A DNA stretch of 40,158 nucleotides from Promethearchaeota archaeon (GCA_011364975.1 RDOE01000024.1:1-40158); one strand, 5' to 3'; positions 30,164 to 38,603 are shown, numbered from the stretch's first letter. Numbers and translations are program-made. Notes: generated by a model not told the origin, from the sequence alone.

Positions 30164-31981
30164 TTAAGTATTCTCAGATGGTTCTTCTACTTCAGGAGGG
30201 ACATAATTGCCTATATCCGGGAAAATGATTTTTGCTATGTTCCATCCCTCCTCTGTGGGATAAGTTAATGCATTAGCAATTAACTTCTCACCTGATTGAT
30301 TATCTAATTCAAACTTATGGATTTCAGGGTTATTTTGCAGAATCATCTCAAATTTCGCTCCACTACTTCCAGCAGGAACTAATAAAAGAGCATTATCGAT
30401 TGCTTCTTGGTCAATAGCATCTTTCAATCGTTTTGCAGCATAGTACCCTGCTACTCCCGCACTTCGGTCAAATGTTTTTATAGATGGGATTTCTAAACCC
30501 CATTTCTTTCCTTCATATTCGATTAATGCCGCTAAGGTTTGGCTTTTTTTACCAAGCATAAATTTAAATTCCATTTGAGTATTAAACTTTTTCCCTTTAT
30601 CTTCTCCAATTTTAATGATACATTTTAATGCAGCTCCAGCAACGGAAGCAGGATTCACATCAATGACATATTCTTCTTCTGCTAATATTTCTTCTATGGT
30701 TTTTTGGATTACTTCTCTAGGTTTCGAAAAATCTACTACTTCATCTTCAGGAATAGGAGGTTTTGCAGTAGCTACAATCTCAACACCAATTTTCATTAAT
30801 TCTTCTACACTCATCTCTTCCATTACAACCTTATCTATAAATCTCCTACAGAGTTTAATCGAATTTCTTGGATTCCCTTGTGTTTTTTCATAAATCATCT
30901 CAATTAATTTTTCATTCAGAGGAAATAACGGATAAAGTGGAGGATTTAAATTATTTTCATCCCAAAAAGTTTCCATTGATTTTGAATAGAAAATTTTTAA
31001 ATCATTTAAACTGAATGGCTTTAATTCCTGTTCAGGCTCCATTCTTGAGCGTAATGGTTGGTCAGCTATTTCTAAAATTCGTGGCCAAATTTCTTTTAGG
31101 ACTGCAATTATGATTACTAATCCTTTAACTTCATTATATAACCTTTTTAAAATTTCAAGGAACTTTTGTTCTGCAGCTTCTCCTAGCATACGATAAGGCG
31201 ATTCAAGCTCATCAAAGTATAAGATTAACACTCTATCAAGATTTTCAGTAATAATCTTAATCATTGCGAGACAAACATCATCTTCTTCAACTACAGAATT
31301 TATCCCTAACTCGCTGAGTTCTTCGGGTTCTAAATCTTCACCCAATAACCAACGTTCTGCTAATGCCTTTTTAGGCTTATCAAGCTGATATGTTACAAGT
31401 GCTTTTACGCAATCTGCAAATACTCCCGGAAACTCTCTTATCCCTTTTTGTATCACCTCATCAATTTTTGGCTTCTGGAAAATACCACCTTTCTTTCCTC
31501 CCCATTTTTCGCGTACTAATCTTTCGGAGACTACATCAAGGATTTCTGCTCCCAATTCTTCTATTATACATGTATATACATGAAGTAAAACACGAATACT
31601 TGCTGGAGGACTTGGAACATAGATTATAGACCAATCTACTGGCTCTAATTGCGTTACTTCTACTTCCTCTGCCTCAGCAGTTTCTTCTAACTTCCTTCGA
31701 TTTTCTCGTTCTTTGTCCTTAAAAGAGTGATATGCATGAGTTTTTCCTGTACCTGCGCTTCCAAGAATCGGTATTAAACGGCTACTTCTATCACGATAAG
31801 TTTGCCGGACTAAACGATATACTTCTCTGTCTATATAGCTCCGCGGCCTGCTTATATCAATTTTATCAGGTATATCTCCCCTTGAGACAAAATTTGAAAA
31901 GGGAAGGAGTGGAGCTTCACGTAGAACATCGATATACATTTGCTTTTCATCATCTGAAAGCTCACTATACATTTCATTCAC
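30164..31981 (-). CDS. P-loop (AAA+-like) NTPase, uncharacterised
   Basis: Walker A GSAGTGKT, Walker B LILYFDELES, LRSR arginine-finger-like and TQGNPR sensor-like motifs. Confidence 0.85.
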   Translation of the reverse strand: MNEMYSELSDDEKQMYIDVLREAPLLPFSNFVSRGDIPDKIDISRPRSYIDREVYRLVRQTYRDRSSRLIPILGSAGTGKTHAYHSFKDKERENRRKLEETAEAEEVEVTQLEPVDWSIIYVPSPPASIRVLLHVYTCIIEELGAEILDVVSERLVREKWGGKKGGIFQKPKIDEVIQKGIREFPGVFADCVKALVTYQLDKPKKALAERWLLGEDLEPEELSELGINSVVEEDDVCLAMIKIITENLDRVLILYFDELESPYRMLGEAAEQKFLEILKRLYNEVKGLVIIIAVLKEIWPRILEIADQPLRSRMEPEQELKPFSLNDLKIFYSKSMETFWDENNLNPPLYPLFPLNEKLIEMIYEKTQGNPRNSIKLCRRFIDKVVMEEMSVEELMKIGVEIVATAKPPIPEDEVVDFSKPREVIQKTIEEILAEEEYVIDVNPASVAGAALKCIIKIGEDKGKKFNTQMEFKFMLGKKSQTLAALIEYEGKKWGLEIPSIKTFDRSAGVAGYYAAKRLKDAIDQEAIDNALLLVPAGSSGAKFEMILQNNPEIHKFELDNQSGEKLIANALTYPTEEGWNIAKIIFPDIGNYVPPEVEEPSENT

Positions 31982-32174
31982 TACGCTTGATTTTTTTTAA
32001 TTATTAATAATATTAAATTACAAAATTTTTAATTGGAATAAATTTATTAATCTAAACAATTTTTTCTAGAATATAAGCTATTATATTTTTAGCTTTAAGT
32101 ATTTATATTTAAATTTATATTTAAAAATTTAAGTGAAATTGATATCCACATATTTTTTATCGAGGTGATTCGAT

Positions 32175-32846
32175 ATAACAAAAAAAGACCGCTATGATGA
32201 TGAAGATGATGAGGATGAAGAGGATGAAGACCAAGACCAAGAACCCCTTGACTTCTTCAAAATTTTAGGAGATCCCAGTAAAATGTTTGATAATTTAGAT
32301 TTAAACCAGTTAATCAACTCAAAAGAGTTTAAACGGATGTTTAAAGGGATTTACGACGAGATGATAAAGAATCTACCAAAACATATGCAAGGACTTTCTC
32401 CCGAGGATTTTAAACGTGAATTTTTGAAATATAGTGGAAAAATAGGGTTTAAAGATCCGATTATTTATGGTTTCAAGATAAATATGGGTCCTGAAGGAAA
32501 ACCTGTAATCGACTCCTTTGGTAATGTTAAAAAAGAACCTTATTCTGGGAAACCCGAAGTCAAAAAAACAAGAGAACCATTAATAGAAGTATATGAAGAA
32601 GGGGAACAAATTATTGTAATTGCAGAAATGCCAGGCATAATTAAAGAAGATATCGAGTTAAAAGCAACTAACCGCTCCTTAACCATTTCAACAAAACAGG
32701 GTGTAGCTGGACGGAATTATTTTAAGGAAATAACATTACCGGCTAATGTTAATTCTGACGTCGCAAAAGCACGTTTAACAAATGGAATATTAGAAATTAA
32801 GTTGAAGAAATTAGATGAAAAAGAGACTGACATTAAAGTAGATTAA
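32175..32846 (+). CDS. hsp20: Archaeal small heat-shock protein (Hsp20/alpha-crystallin), probably with acidic N-terminal extension
   Basis: YGFKINMGPEGKPVIDSFGN, REPLIEV, AEMPG, AKARLTNGILEI. First ATG is 32283 but the frame is open back to 32169, with ATA at 32175 behind a GAGGTGA SD. Confidence 0.9.
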   Translation: MTKKDRYDDEDDEDEEDEDQDQEPLDFFKILGDPSKMFDNLDLNQLINSKEFKRMFKGIYDEMIKNLPKHMQGLSPEDFKREFLKYSGKIGFKDPIIYGFKINMGPEGKPVIDSFGNVKKEPYSGKPEVKKTREPLIEVYEEGEQIIVIAEMPGIIKEDIELKATNRSLTISTKQGVAGRNYFKEITLPANVNSDVAKARLTNGILEIKLKKLDEKETDIKVD

Positions 32847-32890
32847 AATTGTATTTTAATATTTCTGGTTTATGCTAAATCATATTACTT

Positions 32891-32920
32891 CGTGAAACGC
32901 CAATTTCACGTATTTATAAA
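32891..32920 (+). promoter_or_regulatory. Inverted repeat CGTGAAA-N6-TTTCACG next to a TATA-like TTTATAAA, upstream of nitroreductase
   Basis: 7-bp perfect arms at 32891-32910; TTTATAAA at 32913-32920; CDS starts 32971. Confidence 0.5.
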
Positions 32921-32970
32921 TATATTCACATAATATCAATGTAGTAACTAAATCCTAAGCAGTTAAAATT

Positions 32971-33774
32971 ATGATGAATCTTATCCCAAACTTAGTCAAA
33001 GCCGTAGACACAAGAAGATCCTATCGAAATTTTCTACCTGAAGAGCTAAATTCAGAGGATTATAAACATGTATTAAATTATATAAGAGATTTAAAGATCC
33101 CATTTGACCATAATGTTGATATATCCTTATATCTTGCCCCTAAAGAAGAGTCCATAGTTTACTTCAAAGGACCTCGTCATTTTACTGCCCTCTCTGCTCC
33201 ACTATCAATACTAGAACAAGCTAAATTAGGTTTTATAGGAGAATTGGTTGTTTTATTTTGTGAGAGTATTAACTTAAAAACTTGTTGGATGGGCCATTAT
33301 AATAAAGAGGTTGTAAATCGAATCGTTGGAAATGATATCGGTAAAAATAACTCAAAATTACTTTACTGTATTATTCCAATTGGATACCCTAATAAAAGTA
33401 ATAGCCTCATTGATAGTCTCTCTAAAAAGATTTTAAGTAAAAAAAGGAAAACTGTTGAAAGTTTTCTACATACGGATTCTCTTACTGAATTTCCTGAAAA
33501 TATTCACAATGCGTTAGAATTAGCTTGTAAAGCCCCTTCAGCTATGAATTCTCAGAAGTGGTATTATTTAATTCAAAAGAAAGAGGATAAAATTTCGATA
33601 GAACTTAGTAAGCCTCCCGGGTATCAACATATCAAATGGAAATATTATGATATTGATGTTGGCACCGCTGCTGCTCATATTTGGCTGGGGTTGATTGCTG
33701 AATCTTATCATCCAATAGTAAAGCTAGAAAATATAAACACTAATGTTGTTTGGACTTTTTTATTATCTATTTAG
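32971..33774 (+). CDS. Nitroreductase-family protein (two-domain, TM1586-like)
   Basis: RRSYRNF, LKTCWMG, IPIGYP, APSAMNSQKW, IDVGTAAAH motifs. Confidence 0.88.
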   Translation: MMNLIPNLVKAVDTRRSYRNFLPEELNSEDYKHVLNYIRDLKIPFDHNVDISLYLAPKEESIVYFKGPRHFTALSAPLSILEQAKLGFIGELVVLFCESINLKTCWMGHYNKEVVNRIVGNDIGKNNSKLLYCIIPIGYPNKSNSLIDSLSKKILSKKRKTVESFLHTDSLTEFPENIHNALELACKAPSAMNSQKWYYLIQKKEDKISIELSKPPGYQHIKWKYYDIDVGTAAAHIWLGLIAESYHPIVKLENINTNVVWTFLLSI

Positions 33775-33817
33775 TTTTACCAATAACTAGTTCTCTTTCT
33801 TAATTACTTGATCTAGT

Positions 33818-34774
33818 TTAAGAGATTTTATATTTAGGAAGTGTAATTTCCATATCCTTTAAGAATTTAGAACTTATAGCACCATCTCTTTCAAATGCGT
33901 GATCATATCTAAACCCTGCTCTTGGCTTATGCCCTCCTCCTCCAAAATTTCGAGCAAATTCCCTACAATTAACTTTTTCACTATGAATAATAATTTCATT
34001 ATATCTTTTATCAATACCTATCACAGCGCTAAGGTTGGGATATTTTTCTGAGAGAATATCTGTAATTTTTCCACCACCGATGTTTGCATAAGAAATAGCA
34101 ACCATTCCAAAATCTTTAATATCTATAAGCGTGGTGACTTTTAAAGCACTTGCAGTTTCATTTTGGTACCATTGTTTCAGAGTTTCATATTGCGAGTTAA
34201 ACCAGACATTTTCAAAATCTCCTTTAGCTAGCAGTTCCACTATTTTTAATTTATTCTGATAAAAATTTTCTCCCCGGTTATATTCAATGATTAGTTGAAA
34301 TTCTGATGCTTGCTTGAATTTGTGAGTCTTAAAATCTGTATCTCTAGCATATTGCGCAATTTTTTGAGCTATTGGATCCTCTGGTAAATAATAATCCTTT
34401 ATGATTTCTGCAGCACATCGCATTGGATCGTTTTCATAATGATTGAGTAAGTTCTTCAATGTGATTTGTATTTCTTCATCAACAATGTGATGATCGAACC
34501 ATTTGATGGTATAGAAATTTGGATCAATATTTTCGAAAATTGAAAATAATTTTTTAAATTCTAGATTAAATCCAATATCCGAAATTAGTAATTCTATGGG
34601 CTCTTGGTTTGCGGTAATTATATTCTTGACTTTTTCAACAAAATCAATATAATGGGAATAAAAACATTTTATTTTTAGATTTTTATATTGAGGATTTAAT
34701 CGAAAGTATCGTTTTATAATTGCTTGAGAACCCAATCCGTCCAGATCATGTTCATGGGTAATTGAAATTATCAT
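33818..34774 (-). CDS. DHH/DHHA1-family phosphoesterase
   Basis: HEHDLDG, ISDIG, FDHH, FGGGGHKPRAGF motifs. Confidence 0.9.
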   Translation of the reverse strand: MIISITHEHDLDGLGSQAIIKRYFRLNPQYKNLKIKCFYSHYIDFVEKVKNIITANQEPIELLISDIGFNLEFKKLFSIFENIDPNFYTIKWFDHHIVDEEIQITLKNLLNHYENDPMRCAAEIIKDYYLPEDPIAQKIAQYARDTDFKTHKFKQASEFQLIIEYNRGENFYQNKLKIVELLAKGDFENVWFNSQYETLKQWYQNETASALKVTTLIDIKDFGMVAISYANIGGGKITDILSEKYPNLSAVIGIDKRYNEIIIHSEKVNCREFARNFGGGGHKPRAGFRYDHAFERDGAISSKFLKDMEITLPKYKIS

Positions 34775-34833
34775 TTTATATAATCACAAAATTACTTTGA
34801 TTTCTGTGCAAAAATCCTTTTATAATATGCCTA

Positions 34834-35286
34834 TCAGAGTATTTCTAATAACTCTTTAACCTTTTTACTTACTTTATGGTCATTTACTAGTTCTAAAATC
34901 CTTTTTGCTAGTTCTTTTTTTTTCCTATAATAGATCTCCATAATTTCTTCTTTTGTTTTATTAGGATATCTTAACTTCAGAGCAGGATCTCGTCGTTCAC
35001 AACCACCTCTTCGCATACAACAATATGAAATGGATCCAAAACATACTAAATTAGAGTCCCAGTTGTTTTCTTTTGAAAAATCTTCCTTAACTTTAATAAA
35101 TGTTTCAGCATTTAAGCCCAACTCCCTTAATATCTCATCCCTTTTACACTTAAATGCGAAAGTTAGCGAATAACCAGGTTTGCAACAGAAAGTTAGTCCT
35201 CGATAATCAGCATCCATGCAAATATGAATTGGGGCATTATTCCATCCGGGAACATCTCTAAGTTTATCCTGATCTAAGTTAACCAT
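34834..35286 (-). CDS. Cys-rich protein resembling methanogenesis marker domain 9 (COG4008-like)
   Basis: W..APIHIC..DYRGLTFCCKP..C..VCFGSISYCC..GC.RRD.AL, eight Cys; family recognised from memory. Confidence 0.75.
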   Translation of the reverse strand: MVNLDQDKLRDVPGWNNAPIHICMDADYRGLTFCCKPGYSLTFAFKCKRDEILRELGLNAETFIKVKEDFSKENNWDSNLVCFGSISYCCMRRGGCERRDPALKLRYPNKTKEEIMEIYYRKKKELAKRILELVNDHKVSKKVKELLEIL

Positions 35287-35399
35287 GTTATTAAATAAAA
35301 AGCTTTTTTTAAGTTGATTATGAAAATCTATGACATGTATTTAAGTTTCCATTTTTGAATTAGAAATATAGATCATTAATCTAACTTAAAGAATAAAGT

Positions 35400-35405
35400 T
35401 AAAAA
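35400..35405 (-). terminator. Oligo-T tract after the tRNA (archaeal-type terminator)
   Basis: TTTTT on the minus strand (35405-35401) directly after C73-C74; CCA not fully encoded. Confidence 0.5.
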
Positions 35406-35406
35406 G

Positions 35407-35597
35407 GGCCCGGTACGGGAATTGCTCCAATAAGAAGCGATTTCTTATCGTTTGAACCCGTCTTTCCCCAGTAATAATCATTATTTAATACTTCTAGGGA
35501 TTCACAGTGGAGAAACTAGTAGGTTTCACTAATTTTGTCCCCAATATTAGTTGAATGGACTAAAAATCCTACCACTAACCACTATACGAACCGGGCC
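35407..35597 (-). tRNA. trnH: tRNA-His(GUG) with four non-canonical BHB introns
   Basis: Exons 35597-35575, 35546-35537, 35506-35494, 35463-35452 and 35421-35407 join to G GCCCGGT TC GTAT AGTGGTTA GTAT T GGGGA CTGTGAA TCCCT AGAG ACGGG TTCAATT CCCGT ACCGGGC C; all four stems pair; G-1:C73; anticodon GTG at 35505-35503. Confidence 0.92.
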
Positions 35598-35680
35598 ATA
35601 AAAGTATATAGAAATAATGTTAAATTCCTAAAAAATTTATCGAAGTTTACTTTTAAAGAGGGAATTATGTTTTATTATTA

Positions 35681-36265
35681 TTAATCTTTTGTAATAGTTT
35701 TAATATATTCTAAAAATTGTTTAATCGCATATTCAAGGTCTTTGGAATTGTCAATGACATAATCTGCAGCTGGGAATGATTTGTTTTTTCTTGCTCTTTC
35801 AATCCTCATATTTAACTGTTGTTCGTTTTCTCGACCTCTTTCCTTTAACCTTTTTAGACTAATTTCAAAAGGAACTTCGATAAAAACTACTTTAATGTTT
35901 TTATATATTTTACGAGTTTCGTCTACTATTGTTCTGCTAACATTAACCAGAACGAGATCTCCGTTTTCTAGCCATTTGTCGATTTTTATAGAGACTCCAT
36001 AATTTAACCCATATATATGCCAATTTAGTGCAAAAAGGTTTTTTTCTTCCATCTCTTTAAATTCATTAGGACTTATTGATATGTTTCCTTCAAATTCAGA
36101 AGGTGGTCTAGTTATATATCTTTGAGCTAGGTGGATTGTCATTTTACTTTTTGGAAATTTTTCAACAACACCTTTAATTATTGAATCTTTACCAGATCCT
36201 GAATTACCAACAACCAATATCAAAATCCCGGGATAAGATTTTTCAAATTTCTTCATTTTCTTCAA
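35681..36265 (-). CDS. phnN: Ribose 1,5-bisphosphate phosphokinase PhnN (guanylate-kinase-like fold)
   Basis: VVGNSGSGKDS, QRYITRP, FALNWHIYGLNYGV, VNVSR, RLKERGRE match the PhnN pattern. Confidence 0.82.
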   Translation of the reverse strand: MKKMKKFEKSYPGILILVVGNSGSGKDSIIKGVVEKFPKSKMTIHLAQRYITRPPSEFEGNISISPNEFKEMEEKNLFALNWHIYGLNYGVSIKIDKWLENGDLVLVNVSRTIVDETRKIYKNIKVVFIEVPFEISLKRLKERGRENEQQLNMRIERARKNKSFPAADYVIDNSKDLEYAIKQFLEYIKTITKD

Positions 36266-36408
36266 TTATGCACTATTTCATTTAGGAATTTATAAAGCTA
36301 ACCTTTATTCTTTCCTTAATTTATTTTTAATTCATTTCAAAAAAATTTTTAAGACTAAATATCGTTATTTTTCTTGCTAAAAAATATAATAATGATTTAA
36401 AAATAAAA

Positions 36409-36828
36409 ATGTCTGAAGAAAAAGACAAAAAAACATCAGAAATATCTGAAATTCCTGAAAGTTATCAACGTTATTTAGATATAATTTATGAAATTTCAAA
36501 AGGAAAGCGGGGTGGTTGGGTTTCCAATAAGGAGATAGCCGAATCACTACAAGTTGAACCGGCATCAGTTTCAGGAATGCTGGAGAAACTCAAATCCCAG
36601 AATTTAATAAAATGGGAGCCAAGAAAATCAATAAGATTAACTGAGGAAGGAAAACAATTTGCACGCGAGTTAGATGAAATACATACATTATTGAGGACCT
36701 TCTTTAAAGATGTTTTAAAAATTAATGATGATCAAGTCGTTGAAAACATCTCATGCGAGATTGAGCATCATATAACTCAGGATGTGAAATTCTCATTACA
36801 CAAATTTCTTTCAAAATATCTGGAATAG
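36409..36828 (+). CDS. DtxR/MntR-family metal-dependent transcriptional regulator
   Basis: YLDIIYEI, IAESLQVEPASVSGMLEKL, IRLTEEG, CEIEHH motifs. Confidence 0.92.
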   Translation: MSEEKDKKTSEISEIPESYQRYLDIIYEISKGKRGGWVSNKEIAESLQVEPASVSGMLEKLKSQNLIKWEPRKSIRLTEEGKQFARELDEIHTLLRTFFKDVLKINDDQVVENISCEIEHHITQDVKFSLHKFLSKYLE

Positions 36829-36885
36829 ATTTAATTAGGATAATAGCTTTATTGAATTAACTTATTATAATCGAGTTCCATTAAT

Positions 36886-37638
36886 ATGACCCAAAAATTA
36901 AATGATTGTATTGCTATTGTTAATACCTATTTTAAGAATTTTAATAACTTTTTAGAGCTAGAAAATTTTCGTTCTTTTCTCTTACTCACTCTTACTAGCC
37001 AGAGTTCAACAAATATCTTAGCTCAATTTGGTTTAGGAGGGGATAAGGACATAATTAATCTACCATACGATCCTGATATTAAAATATATTATCAAAAAAT
37101 TAATTTAATGTCATCAGGCTCTTTAATAATTTACGTCAAAAGCGAACCTATAACAAAAGATTTTCTCCTAAATAAAGAGGATGAGAAAATTAAGAAGAAT
37201 TTAAGCGCAAATGAGATGAGTTTAGCTTTTCGAGGAAAAGAGAAGTTTCTTTTTCCTCAAGTAAGTGATTGTAGCAATATAAACGAACACAAACTCACAG
37301 TGGAAATTGATGATTTATTTCATACTTTTCAATCTTTCATATCCTATACACAACCTCATATTGTGTTTGTAATTGATGCTGATAAAGAATCAAATCCTGA
37401 CCTGATTTTTACATTTAATATGATGCCTCAGCTACCGAAAAAGTTGGATGAAGACATTCTCAAGGTAGATGTATTTTTAGATTATGAGCATAAAACAAAA
37501 AATATTACCTATATTAAACGAGAATCCAATTACAAAATTGAGTTTCTAAAAGATATTAAAGATATTAGTCATGCTGAACTTTACAATTCATCGTTCTCTT
37601 TAGTATTACATATAAAATCCATGAAAAAACCCTTTTAG
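36886..37638 (+). CDS. Hypothetical protein
   Basis: 250-aa ORF with ATG start and composition like neighbours; no recognised motif. Confidence 0.75.
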   Translation: MTQKLNDCIAIVNTYFKNFNNFLELENFRSFLLLTLTSQSSTNILAQFGLGGDKDIINLPYDPDIKIYYQKINLMSSGSLIIYVKSEPITKDFLLNKEDEKIKKNLSANEMSLAFRGKEKFLFPQVSDCSNINEHKLTVEIDDLFHTFQSFISYTQPHIVFVIDADKESNPDLIFTFNMMPQLPKKLDEDILKVDVFLDYEHKTKNITYIKRESNYKIEFLKDIKDISHAELYNSSFSLVLHIKSMKKPF

Positions 37639-37808
37639 TATATTGCTTTTAATATTAATCCTTTAAGAGCTATTATTCGTTAAAAGTTAAGCCATTAACA
37701 CCATTAAGGGATTAATACTCTCAATTTAAATAGAATCCGACAAAATATAACTATTAATTAAGAATTTTCTACTACATTTAACAACTAATAGGATAGATTA
37801 ATTTAGGA

Positions 37809-38027
37809 TTGAGTAAAATGAAGATAATTACCATAAATTTACCTGAAAAATATTTAAATGCCATTCAAGCTCTTAATGATTTGGGTATTTATCCATCTAG
37901 AAGTGAAGCGATAAGAATTGCGCTTAGAGACTTTTTAAAAGAAGAGTTAAAAATGTACAATGATTTAGATGATGAAAAATTTAAAATGATCATCAGAAGT
38001 AGTATAAATAAATTTACACAGAATTAG
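37809..38027 (+). CDS. Ribbon-helix-helix (CopG/Arc/MetJ) protein
   Basis: KIITINLPEKYL..L..LGIYPSRSEAIRIALRDFL; start TTG 37809 or ATG 37818. Confidence 0.9.
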   Translation: MSKMKIITINLPEKYLNAIQALNDLGIYPSRSEAIRIALRDFLKEELKMYNDLDDEKFKMIIRSSINKFTQN

Positions 38028-38047
38028 TATCATCAAAAATTCAATTA

Positions 38048-38512
38048 TTAATCTAAATTTACTTCGGTTTTACATTCGTTACATTTTTTCACTCCACGAA
38101 ATAATGGATTTCCACATTTTGGGCAAATATATCTTTTTTCTTCTTCCTCCACAAATTTTTCAGTTCCCTTTTCTCTCCAAAAGGGAATTGTTCGTAACAT
38201 TACTTTTTTCGCAACCGCTACAGGAAAATTATTAATAAACTTACATGGGAAATCGTCACATTGATAACATCCTTCAATCTTTTTCTCCGAACAACATTTT
38301 TTGATGGAACATACTCTGCAAACAGGGAAAACAACATCAGAAGATAAACATCCTGTACAGGAGATATCCTCTATGGTTTTTGCAAAAGCTTTATAAACAG
38401 GGAATAAACGTTCTTTAAATTTTAAATTATTATCACGATGAGCGATATAAATAGAACAAACTCCACAGTATAGACCACACGGTGCTAAAAGCTCCTTTTT
38501 TACTTCACCCAT
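38048..38512 (-). CDS. DUF3795-family Cys-rich protein with C-terminal zinc ribbon
   Basis: APCGLYCGVC, CTGC, CSIKKCC, CYQCDDFPC, CPKCG..CNEC; GAGGAG SD. Confidence 0.85.
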   Translation of the reverse strand: MGEVKKELLAPCGLYCGVCSIYIAHRDNNLKFKERLFPVYKAFAKTIEDISCTGCLSSDVVFPVCRVCSIKKCCSEKKIEGCYQCDDFPCKFINNFPVAVAKKVMLRTIPFWREKGTEKFVEEEEKRYICPKCGNPLFRGVKKCNECKTEVNLD

Positions 38513-38603
38513 ATAATCTCCTCAAAATCTCTTATTTTAATTAAAAACTATCTGCGTATATATGATATTTTCATGTTTCTTATATAAAAAGCTTTTAATA
38601 TGT

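Noticed and set aside
32102-32125. Tandem TTTATATTTAAA x2 in the ATPase/hsp20 divergent gap
   Set aside because: Pure A/T; plausible TATA elements but not distinguishable from background.
32194-32243. GATGA-type microsatellite
   Set aside because: Better explained as an Asp/Glu coding tract of the Hsp20 N-terminal extension.
35464-35512. Alternative tRNA model with CTCCA/TGGGG anticodon stem and a canonical 37/38 intron
   Set aside because: No complement to C32-U35 exists to form the BHB helix, and the D-arm cannot be completed in the correct register; the four-intron model satisfies every stem.
37692-37707. CCATTAA direct repeat upstream of the RHH gene
   Set aside because: Too short to support as an operator in AT-rich DNA.
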